Of a stretch of DNA of 64,000 bases, positions 53,231-64,000 are shown piece after piece. The stretch is from Botryllus schlosseri (taxonomy: Eukaryota). The position numbers and the translations under genes were made by a program. Where the stretch lies: the NCBI GenBank assembly GCA_051294905.1, contig CM119371.1, positions 13,518,001 to 13,582,000 of the forward strand, in the 5' to 3' direction. The notes under the pieces were generated by a model. The model was not told the origin of the DNA, did no database searches, and was given only the letters and a program-made list of their open reading frames with translations. Position 1 is the stretch's first letter; every line of letters begins with the position of its first letter.

Positions 53231-56200
53231 CAAAATCAATGCTGGGTATAAATTCTTCGGTACGTAGGATATCCAGAATGTTTGAATGCTCTCCTCCTTT
53301 TGTCTTCCTTTGAGGATATTGTTGTGCTGCAGTTCGATCAGTTGTTCCTCAAATTCAGCCCTTTTTACTCCAAATTTTGCTGCCTCAACTGACAGTGAAG
53401 TTGTCTGAACGTTGCAAGAAAACGGATTTTCTGTGAATGCCAGCACGGCTCCCAAGTACTTAATGTCCGCGAATCGAGATGAAAATTCCGCCATCAATTC
53501 CCTGACGTAGGTGCAATAAGGGGTTGGTGAGTAAAATCCTGGTTGTTGCGACACTTGGGTCTCTAGAACAGGAAAATGCGTGAAATCACCGACCTCAAGT
53601 TGCTGCGCAAACAGGCTCAGTTTTGTCTCGAATGCAGCCACGTCATTCATCATCGTTGGCAAAATCTTTTTTTTCTCCTTGAAGGGTAAGATTTAGTGAA
53701 TTCAAGTGGCGCGTTATATCAGTAAGAAAAGCTGCGTTCTGTACGAATATTTCATCTTCCAGTGACGCAAGTAAATCATGTCGATTTTTCTCTTTCAAAA
53801 ATATGCGGACTGCCGGAAGCAGCTCCATGAATCGAGCGAGAACATTTCCGCGACTAAGCCACCTCACTTCCGCATGCATTGTCAAGTCGGTATATGCACT
53901 TTTATATCCTTCCACAAGAGAACGGAACTCTCTGTGTTTCAATGCGTGAGCAAGTATAAAATTGACTGTTTTCGTCTCGGAATCCATTGTTACTTTCAGC
54001 TCTCCACCTCTCAGCTTGCTGCACAATTGCTCTTGGTGCAAAATGCAGTGATATGAGAAGAAGTCTGGCATTTCGTTAATTTTTCTGAGTAGACCAATCA
54101 ACCCTTTTCCCTTGCCTACCATGGACGGAGCACCGTCAGTAGTGACAGAAACCAGCTTTTTCAAGTTGATGTTTTTTCCTGGTCCTCGAAAGAAGCTCAT
54201 CATTGCGGCACAAATGTCCTCGCCCCGCGTTTGCCCTTTCATCGGTATCAAAGCCAGCATTTCTTCTGCAAATGTGTCCACTTTGAGAAAACGCACCCAG
54301 ATAATTAGCTGCGCAATGTCTGTGGAGTCGGTCGATTCATCCAATGCTAGACTAAAGTACTCAGCTCTCTCAACGTGATTAAGCAACTGCGATAAAAGAT
54401 CGTCTGAGATTGCTTCTACTCGTCTACTCACGGTTGAATCAGACAACTGCAACTTCGAGATTTGCCTGGTGATGCTGTCCTTGTTTTTAAATTCCGAAAA
54501 CAGAGAATTCGCATAGTCTGCCAGTGTTTTCTTGAAGAACTCACCTTCTGTAGCAGGCTTCTTGGCTTTGGCGATGTTCCAAGCAATTGTGAACGATGAC
54601 TCTGTAACGTTGTCTGCACTATTGAGAATGCCGCGAAATACGGACCGCTGGGCTTGAAAACAAGCTAGCCACGCCTGGATTTTGTTTTTCCTAAGATCTC
54701 TATCAGGTGGATGAGTAGTTTTAAACTCCGGGTGAAGCCTTTCGTGGTGCCATCTTAAATTATCTTGCTTCATCACGCTCACTGCTCTCTGACAAATCAG
54801 GCACATAGGTTTGCCATTTATCTCGGTAAAAGCGAATTCATTTTTCCACGCAGAGTTGAAAACCCTGTGTTCGTCGTCCACCTTCCTTTTCTTTGTCGCC
54901 ATATGTTCCAGTCGGTCGCGGCGAGTAGGCTACATCAGTCGAATGTGAATCAGCCCGGAATTAGCGTACAAAGTCGGAAATACGGCATTGTCCGATAATA
55001 ATCGGAACATCGCAATAGGTCATTGTTATGATCATTGTGTTACGACGCTCTGATTGTTCTGAACAACGCATGTTTAAGACGTTGACGACGATTTTGCGAT
55101 AGGATCCAGTGCCCTGAGCTGATTTAAATTTTTATTTTTGTGATCAGTGCGACGATAGCTTTCTGTCAAGGGATGGGGGGGAGATGAGCGAGCTAAGTAA
55201 CTGAATTAAGGTGCTAGGCTGCCCTCGAAATAGAAAGTCAGTCATACACCCATAACTTTGAAACTAAGGAAGCGAATCTTTCCAAAATTTCGAGTCCGGG
55301 TGCTTTGGTGGACATCCCATTATTTCAATGATAGCATAATTTTCTCTTTAGTAGATGATCCTGATACAGGAAAACTTTTCAGAATTCATTCAGTACCGGT
55401 AATTATTCACCTACTTCACAATTTTCAAAATCTGGACACTTTAATTCATGCCTCATACCTCGATTAGTGGGTATATCGAATAGAGATGGACGAGTACGAC
55501 TACGAAAGTCGCATATTAACACGTAGTAGCACCGAAATAATAATTTCGGTTTTAATCAATATGAGAGTTTCGGTTTTAATCAATAAGCCGCGGGCCACAG
55601 AAAATGCCTCCGCGGGTTGAGAACCCCTGCCCTATGGTGTCGCCAGAAGCATTACGAGATATTATTCCATTCGCTATAGCTATTAACTATTTTTGTGGAA
55701 ATTGAATTGAAGAAAAGTCATTTATTTTCTGTTTATCACTAGTCTAGAGTAAACATATGCAGAGGACAGATGACGGTTGCACGATAATTGAGTTAAATTT
55801 GAAGTAAAACTGGGATAAGGGGGTCCATGACTGTCTAAAAGAGGTCACCGAAAACAAAAGGTTGAGAAGTACAGCACCAGTGGTTTCTACTTCGGAAAAA
55901 GATGTGTTGGAATATAAATAACGATTTACAGGAAAGTAAAAAGCACGTGTTCTAGGCTGGGTTTTGCCTAAAGAGAGGAAACTGTGAAGTAAAAGTGCGA
56001 GCAGTCTATAATCAAAGCGGCTCAAGGAAATAGTGCAAGAAGGCAAAACCGACACAGATAAATATATCAACATAAATTCAAGTACACCCCTAGCTTTTGT
56101 CTTTGCGACGCATTCGCAAGAGCTTGTTTGACTTACGCCGCACCACTAATTGTAGCTTTCACAATAACTATATCTCGCACCATCATTATTACGTACGACT

Positions 56201-57092
56201 GGATCGAAGGCGGGTATCAGCGAAATGAGAACGTCTGAGCCCACGATACGCATAATTTCCAATAACCATAATTTCGTAATAACGGTCTGCCCGGCAAGTT
56301 GTATGAAGATAGTAGTAAATACCATAGTGTCCTACAATGGTGCGGACAGGACACAAGCAAATCGCACGGCTCACTGCGATTGGTTTACATCACACTTTCC
56401 GTTTGGTTAAAGGCAATTTTGCGGTAATATTGTACAGGTTGGGCGAGGTAGGCTACTGATTGCTAAAATATAAATTTTATTCTTCTCGTGGTCCTGGAAC
56501 CCTACAAAATCAGCCTCGAATGTTGCATTGTAACGGAGTAAGATATTGTGAAGCAACAAGTCCGTCTGTAATAATATGGCGCAGCTCAGGAGCAAGTGCG
56601 CACGAGGGTGAGAGTGTGAATGCTCATGCTCAATCGTTCGCGCAATAATGTCCAATACGCTTGCGGTTCACGCTGCAACTCACCTGCTTACAGACGGCAT
56701 TGTTGCGTCGCAATACCAAACTACTTCGTCTCCACAAAAGAGACGAGGTATGAGTCATAACTTATGACTGTATACTTTCAAACTCGATTGCTGGGTGAAA
56801 AAAGGTTCAAAGTTACATTGTCATTTTCATCGTAATGGCTGTCTATTCAGGGCTTTTCAGTTTCGACTGAAAATGAAATCTGCTAATGAAAGAGACTGCT
56901 AGGAATTTACTACGATATGTCGGTATGTTTATCAACAATACACCTCGTTTCAGTTGTATATGTTCGCACTATCAAGCATATAGCACTACCACGCAATGTG
57001 CCGCGGCCGTTATATCATTTTCAAGGGTGCCACAAGCTGAAAAAGTTTGAGAAAAACCCCGTAGTGAGAAAAACGTAAGGTTAATTTCACAG

Positions 57093-57170
57093 ATCATGGG
57101 AATCATTATCCAAAACTCGTCGATCCAAAAGATAATCCATGGAGCGAGAAATTTCAGGAGTGGGTGACAG
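57093..57170 (+). CDS. NLR gene, linker exon
   Basis: ttaatttcacag| 78 bp |GTGAGT, open in phase 1-1: (D)HGNHYPKLVDPKDNPWSEKFQEWVT. Splices in frame to the NACHT exon. Confidence 0.7.
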
Positions 57171-57229
57171 GTGAGTATTGAAGCATTATGCATATATTAC
57201 GCATATATTAATGTCGTTTTCAACGACGC

Positions 57230-57500
57230 GACGCCAAGTGGTAAAGCGTAAAGGTATGATCAACAGCCGGAAAATCAACTGGTTACGGGTTCGAGTGCGA
57301 AGTTGACCCCAGAATTCCTATCACAGTTTGGGAGGTTTATCTTGGCTCTTTCTCGTCATCTTATCTGTGTCAGGGGTTTCGTGAAAATTTCCGAAATTTT
57401 GCCGTGCTACAAGTCGGCGTGCACGAAATCATAATATAGTATTATCAGCCTGGTGTGAATGCCTATAGTTGAAAAACACCATGAATACCACAAACAAAAA
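57230..57500 (+). mobile_element. degenerate SINE (family of 41676-41951), intronic
   Basis: B-box-like GGTTCGAGTGC; body GCCGTGCTACAAGTCGGC; 3' end CACCATGAATACCACAAACAAAAAC. Confidence 0.65.
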
Positions 57501-57558
57501 CAATATTGTAAGCCCCATATGTTATATACAATAACTGTAAATCTTTGCACACTTTTAG

Positions 57559-58959
57559 GACGTCACCTTAATCAATTCCTCGCGAAGATCAGACATTTTT
57601 CGTGGAAGAACGCCCAATACGGCCTAATGGAGTCTTATAAAGATTATTTGGAACCGGAAGGAAAGGAATGTCATCCACAATTAAAGACCGGATTTCAGTT
57701 ATTTAAAGGAGATTATTTACCACAGGATGGATTCAGTGCACACGGAAACCCGAAAGAGGGATATTATATAGATTTCGAAAAGGTTTTAGAAAACATCCAG
57801 GACGAACAAAATATGTCGTCTGCAATCATTGGACAGCCAGGGAGCGGTAAAACAGTCATAATGAAACGTCTTGCACAGAGATTGATGATCGAAAATGATT
57901 GTTGCGAACCGAAACCGATGAAAACTGGCGGGAAGGGATTAAAACAAAATTGTGGGCAGTATGATTTTGTTCTTTATATGAATTTTAGAGATATACAAGA
58001 TTCCGATGATGTAACTTTATATGAAGTTATATTTAGTCCCCTCGTTACCAAGGTGAATCAGAAAGAAGCTCAGTATGGTTTGAGAGCAATAATGAGTGGC
58101 AAAATCAAGGTAATCATGTTTTTCGACGGATTAGATCAAGCTACGTGGCTCCCGAGATTTGACCGAACTGTTGGCCATTGGGAAAAGGCAAACACTGCCA
58201 CGATATTTGGTAATATATTGAAAGGTGATCTTTTACAAAACGTTCCTATCGTCTTATCATCGAGAGAACATTCCGTTGCTCTCTTACCAGAATTATTGAG
58301 ACCATCATTCGTTGCAGCCTTAGTGGGATTCACCGAAGAAGATGCTAAAAATCTGTATTGCCAATTAATGGGCAATGATTCCGGTTTGGATTGGGATGTC
58401 ATGAAGATGTCCAATCCTGGCATGCATTACATGTGTCTAACACCTCTGTTCTTGATATTCTACACGATAGCAAGGAAGTTAGATCCGTCTGAACCTCCGA
58501 CCTGCGCATCTGGAATCATGGTGCTGGTCTTTAGGCAACTTATGGAATGTGAAAATACTCCAAATCTTGAACGTGTTAACGTCACGCAAATAATAGACAA
58601 ATTGAAAAAAATGGCTTACCATGGCACCCGGGAGAAACGAGTGATATTTGAGGAAAAAGATCTAACAGAATATCAACTCGAATATAAAGACATCAGTGGC
58701 ATGGTTATAAAAGCCCCAGGAGAAGCAATTCATGCTCATAAAATTTTCGAAGGAATGTGCAGATACTTTTTTAGTCACCAAACACTTCAAGAGACATTAG
58801 CAGCTCTATTTATTGCACAGATGAATTTGACCGATTTCAAACGACTCGTGAATTCCAAGTTTACGGAACCCCATTGGGCAGTTGTTCGGAATTTCACAAG
58901 CGGTATTTTGATGAACGAAAGGGTAAAAAGTAAACTCACCGATGACATCCTCAAATCAG
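57559..58959 (+). CDS. NLR-family NACHT NTPase exon (NBD-HD1-WHD-HD2)
   Basis: Acceptor cacttttag|57559 and donor CAG|GTCAGT; 1401 bp, phase 1-1. Walker A GQPGSGKT, Walker B VIMFFDGLDQ, sensor-1 IVLSSR, MCLTPLFL, WHD FFSHQTLQETLAALF. Confidence 0.93.
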
Positions 58960-61900
58960 GTCAGTAAACAATTTCCTCCAACACGAAAGTAATGTGCAAT
59001 CAGTTGCACTTTGATGCCCACAATTGTTAACACTTTAAATATATCTATATAGAGGCCTATACCATAGATATACCTACTTGAAATACAAAAAGTGATTTAC
59101 TGCGTGGCAGTTCCAATCAACGAGTTATAATTTCTAGTCTTACACGTCCGACTAACAGCAAAGATCTCGATAATAACCGCTGTCGTGAAATCAGATCGGT
59201 TAGTAGAGTTTTTTAGAATGTAGATCATTTCCTATTTAAATATCAGTCGCAAATGCATAATCCAAACGAAAACGAGATAGTAACGATCTAACGAAGATCG
59301 TATCTAGGTAATATTTTCAATTTGATTTAGCAATTGTTTTTGGCTAAATTTCGGCGCTGAATCAAAAAATGATACAACTTGGTCTTCACGTCAGGTTTTC
59401 GCCTTATAATCAGGCCGTGTTATTTTTTGTCATTTTGGGAATCAAATGGCAAAACTGATTAAAATAGAAAATTTAAAATGTCAACAATAAGGCTTTCTGA
59501 AAATATCGGTTTTCGTGAAGGTTTAAGAGAAAAATATCAACAAGTATTGAAATGAGTATGCATAAAGCGACCAAACAAGCGTGTAACACTAAATTCGTAA
59601 ATTGAAGTCCGTAAACCCTTCGGAAGGCCGTAGTCTACCGTCCGAGGGATCTATGTTATGCGAATGAAACTTTCAGGGTTGAGGCAGAAAAGTCGAGTAC
59701 TGAAATTTGGATCTGCGACATAGCCTAATTGGATTGATCAACCCGAGTAATAAATTATATCCAGCAATTAGGGATATAGCTCAATGACTATGCATATTCC
59801 TGTTGTCACCGCTCGTGAATTTTATTACCTCATAATAGCGCGACCCATGTTGCATTCCATTTATTTTCAACTTGTTAATGAAAATATCAGCATATAGTGC
59901 AATCAGTGATAGACATCGTCTCGTTGGACAAAAGGGATATAGTTTCATCAATGAACAATTGAACATACACACTTACACCACGCAAAATACCCCAGTCGCC
60001 AAGAAGTAACCCTAATCAATGCGTACCATACACATGCCTGAAAACATTCAGTTATTTACTGTTTTTTTTGTACGCCCGCTGTAATTTTTTCGTATTTTAT
60101 TGCAAAAATAAATCACTCATGATTTCTAACCATTGGTTAGCGAGTAGCGTTTTACATCGTTAATTCGAGTAAACAAATATGAAATCCTGTCGACGCTAAA
60201 ACTGCCCAAAATAAAATCTGAAAAATGCCAAAAATGAGCTTTTGGTTGCATAGTGAAGGCCGCTATCCAAACGTGTTATAGACCCTTTTGACTTGTTGTC
60301 GTGAGTATTGTGACCTATGTGGGTGCCGGTAATTTTGTAATCATAGTGAATCGACTATTGAGAATAGATATTGCAGAAGCAGTCAGTTTTGTACAGGGTA
60401 AATTTGGTATCTAACATCGTTTTTAATTTGGAATTAAATTTTGCTGTTCGAGGGCAGATTGTGGATACTGCATGTTTTTTGACATCTCTTTGATGAAGCG
60501 ATTTAAATGGAGTCTATAAATCCGAATTCATGGCGACGCCAAATTGCCAGAAATAAATTATGAAAATTGCCAAAAATAAGCTTGTAATTCAAATAAATGA
60601 TCACATTTAAAATATGTTGTTTTTGTAAGAAAATTTCAATAACTACATGCAATCGAAAAGTAACGCAATAATTTTCAAATAAACATTAATACTGAACTAT
60701 TTGGTTGTATTAATATTTTTGAAATCAAGAGCTAGTTTTTGGGAACTGATTATTGCGACGGACTACCATTAACTTCACTTTCTCAATGCTCATCGTTGAC
60801 TACTCCAATATTTCCCGGGAAATTATTGGCTATTTCAAAATGTATTTAGATGCTTATGTTGCAGACGAATTCGTTTTAGCTTCAAATGGATTCTAAGCAA
60901 TGTAAATTATCTGTCCGTGTATTCTCAAGTAATCTCCACATTACTTCTAAATAATTTACAGACAAATTTTTTTCAAGTCCAAGATTGACGTTGACCACTG
61001 ATTCAATCATTTTTGCTGATTTTCCGAATTTGTGGACCATCAAATGTACCAGCTTAAAATTTTTGTATTAAACAGGTCGGGAAAAAACTTTCTCTGTGTC
61101 AACAAAAGACAGATGTTAGATATTGTGATAGACAGTTACAGGTAATGGCGGAGGCCAGTTCCTCAGCACCCAGTGCTTCTTTCGATCTCGTGTCCCACAT
61201 ACACATATAGCAGTGGTACATGGGTTGAGTATAAGGGTCACATGTGCATCGGATTTTGAAGTCGACATATATTATCGAATTGTGCTTCTGATATTATAAC
61301 AACTCAATTTTCACGAATTTCTTCACGAAGACTACCTGAGTGTACTGTACAATTTCTACTCTACAGTAGAAATGGCATAGTAGTAGGAAGGTATCGTTTG
61401 GCGCCCGCCAAAGCGACACCTTGTGATTCAGTGGTGCGAAAACTATGATGTCTATGCAAGGCTATATTCTCCGGATAATATTATTATGTGTATTTAGGAC
61501 TTTATATTTTGGCGGATAATATGAGCTCTCAGATAACACGTTTTTGTGAATGTGAATTTGAATTCATTTGATTTATGTGCGTATTTATATCAGCAATAGC
61601 ACTTTGCTAACGGAAACCAGTTATTGTCATGATAACCAAAAACTATGATGTCTATGCAAGGCTATATTCGCCAGATATTATTATTATGTGTATTTAGTAC
61701 TTTGTCTTTTCACGGATATTGTGAACAACCCTGAACTAGGTGTGGTTTTATGATGATATATCAAAATTCTACACATCATCACTAATTAATTATTAAAAAA
61801 CGCGATTTTGAGCGCTGCGACTTGATAATAATAATCCCTGCGCTTCTGATGCATGATTTTTTGTGATAATGACCTTGGTAACATTCAGATTCTGTAACGA

Positions 61901-62151
61901 TTGTTTGGATATACATTATAGCAATGCCCCACTAAACTATGGGCGGTTATATTACTCAATTGCTCAGAGATAACTCAGCCGTCCATATTTTCAAACTTGA
62001 TTTTATGTATACAAGTTACGGTCTCTGCAGGCTCCACATTTTACGACTTATTTTCATTAGACGCAGGCAAGCGATTCTCAAGTTCGGAGCTATACGGAAA
62101 CAAATCACTGGCATGTGCGCGTTCCGAAGTCGTAATTACGATTCAGCCCTA

Positions 62152-63350
62152 TTCATGTCACTAGAATAAGGGTAATTAAACCGACAGTGAAACGCCGCCG
62201 GCGTCTTATAACGTAATAATGTAAGCTGCGTCGGGTGCTGCTATAATGTTAGGAGCGAATATAGTAGAAAGTCCACGTCTGGACACCTGTAAGCAGGTGC
62301 GCATACTACCGTAGTAAAACGCATAACAGATTTCACGCGAAAGTCGATATTGCTTTGTGATGATTTTGATGTTGTTAGAGTATGTATGTTCACGAAGACT
62401 GCGATATCGCACGGATAAATACATCATAACTAATTATTCACTTGAATGCGACTTGATAATAAGAGAGAGAGAGATATGATATTCTTTCTCGCCTGCACCA
62501 TCGAGATGCTTTGGCGACTGAGTTGCGATACGGCCCCATGAGGTCATCTAGTCTGCGCCCCCGTTTTTTTTCTCCTCCACGCTATCCGTGATTGCTGAGC
62601 GCCTAGCAGGATAACTGCAGGATAACTCGAGTCTTTGGTATGACCCGGCCGGGGATCGAACCCACGACCTACCGCTCGAGAAGCCGGACGCACAACCATT
62701 ACACTATCTCGCTCGGTCCCTAGAATAATATAAAATGCGATTTTGAGTGCAGACAGATCGCGGTTTCGATTTCCGAGGTCTCCACATTTTCAGCCTTATT
62801 ATCAGCTCGCAGCACAACCGCTACCTGTATAATGTTTGCATGTCGAGTATAAGGGTATTTAACTCAGCACTAAAATGCCAACGGACTAGCCGCAGGGGCC
62901 CGGTTCTCGTCGCTATAATTGAACGAACACCTTCGCCGCAGGTACGCGATCCCCGACGTTATAATGATAGGGACAAATTAGCCGCATGAAAGCGAGTCTA
63001 ATGAATATAACGACTGACAACAAGTTAGTTGAAAAGTAAAACTAATCGTGACCTATGCAAGACGGCGTGAAACAGCGCTTTCGCGCGATTCTTGTAGTGA
63101 CCACATTTCATACGATTCAGTCCTTTTCATGTCACTAGAATAAGGGTAATTAAACCGACAGTGAAACGCCGCCGGCGTCTTATAACGTAATAATGTAAGC
63201 TGCGTCGGGTGCTGCTATAATGTTAGGAGCGAATATAGTAGAAAGTCCACGTCTGGACACCTGTAAGCAGGTGCGCATACTACCGTAGTAAAACGCATAA
63301 CAGAATTCATGCAAAAGTCGATATTGCTTTGTGATGATTTTGATGTTGTT
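62152..63350 (+). repeat. near-identical ~225-bp direct repeat (62152-62376 and 63126-63350)
   Basis: TTCATGTCACTAGAATAAGGG...GATGATTTTGATGTTGTT appears twice with only a few mismatches. Confidence 0.9.
62480..62720 (-). mobile_element. tRNA-derived SINE
   Basis: Minus strand has A-box TAGTGTAATGG and B-box GGTTCGATCC, then CCGGCCGGGTCATACCAAAGAC. Confidence 0.75.
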
Positions 63351-64000
63351 CGATACCGATTGGGAAGATAGGACTCCTAATTTCCTAACTAACTACATAA
63401 TCTCTCGTTACGTAGCCAGAAGCATAACGGAATATACGCAAAATCGGTATTGCTCTGCGATAATTTTGACCACTATGTTTTGATAATAACTTGCTTCCGA
63501 GAAATAAATAACATTCAATATACGTCAGATGATACTTTTCCTTGATATTCTATTATGTGTATTTAGGGATAATGCGACATCACTATGTTGGCGACAGGCC
63601 TGATTTGAACACACTAATTTTGCGAATTAAACTTATCGCCCAACACGGACACTCAATGAAGAGCACCCTGGAGACTCACATAAATGCTCCACAATTCTTG
63701 ACATATAATATACTGAGCATATAATAAGCTGACAAAACCTATACTTGAGTACTCCGAAATGTACAAGTACTTTACCTTTACACGACGTTTTTGTAAAATG
63801 AATACTAATTTTAATGAAAAATAAAAATTATGTACTCAAGTAGGTTTTTGTCTACACGCACCAACTACTCAAGTGTTTATGACACAGGAATGATTCATTA
63901 AGTATAGCGCAAGCCGGCCAAACCTATATTTGAGTACTCCAAAATATACAAGTACTTCGCCATGTACTCCCTCAACGTAAAAAGTGACTAGGTTGTAGAC

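Larger units (their letters stand above)
52477..54902 (-). pseudogene. hAT transposase (GTF2IRD2/EPM2AIP1-like), interrupted
   Basis: BED finger CLIC...HHERLH; catalytic-region motifs LALDESTD, VTTDGAPSM, HCILHQ, VRWLSRG, GSTYLCEASFS. Lesions are a +1 frameshift in the T8 run at 53667-53674 and the Penelope insertion; removing the insertion restores YPALILCAHKIL in frame. Confidence 0.92.
52186..55629 (-). mobile_element. near-complete hAT transposon (Charlie/Buster/SPIN group)
   Basis: TIRs CAGGGATTCTCAAC / GTTGAGAACCCCTG; perfect TSD CCCTATGG; contains a transposase gene. Confidence 0.93.
61378..64000. mobile_element. second TAGTAG-ended element related to 37509-50447, runs off the window
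   Basis: Starts TAGTAGTAGGAAGG. Interior blocks match ~39835-39925, 41540-41640, 41990-42230, 42780-43030, 46690-46740 and 49900-50010. Confidence 0.65.

Noticed and set aside
53778..54998. Several plus-strand ORFs
   Set aside because: Antisense shadows of the hAT transposase.
57459..57558. N-terminal 33 codons of the 502-aa ORF (MPIVEKHHEYHKQKQ...)
   Set aside because: Derived from the SINE 3' end and intron; a good splice acceptor lies at 57558.

Overview
AT-rich eukaryotic (animal) genomic DNA with spliceosomal introns. A marine invertebrate such as a tunicate is plausible from the repeat and gene content, but that is inference. Most of the window is transposon debris arranged as deeply nested insertions, which can be reconstructed from terminal inverted repeats (TIRs) and target-site duplications (TSDs). 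It includes hAT/Charlie elements and MITEs, TTAA-targeting Kolobok-like elements, a CACTA-like element, TAGTAG-ended Academ-like elements carrying a ~200-bp tandem array, L2/CR1-type LINE fragments, tRNA-derived SINEs, and Penelope-like retroelements with inverted pLTRs and minimal hammerhead ribozymes. Two host immune genes are visible, both on the + strand. One is an IL-17-family cytokine (exons 13531-13782 and 15104-15293; signal-peptide exon not found). The other is an NLR-type NACHT gene (NACHT exon 57559-58959). Its reconstructed N-terminus (exons 51414-51426, 51491-51589, 57093-57170) has no death-fold domain and instead has a short beta-prone, RHIM/amyloid-like segment. No prokaryotic systems, CRISPR arrays, rRNA or bona fide tRNA genes are supported.
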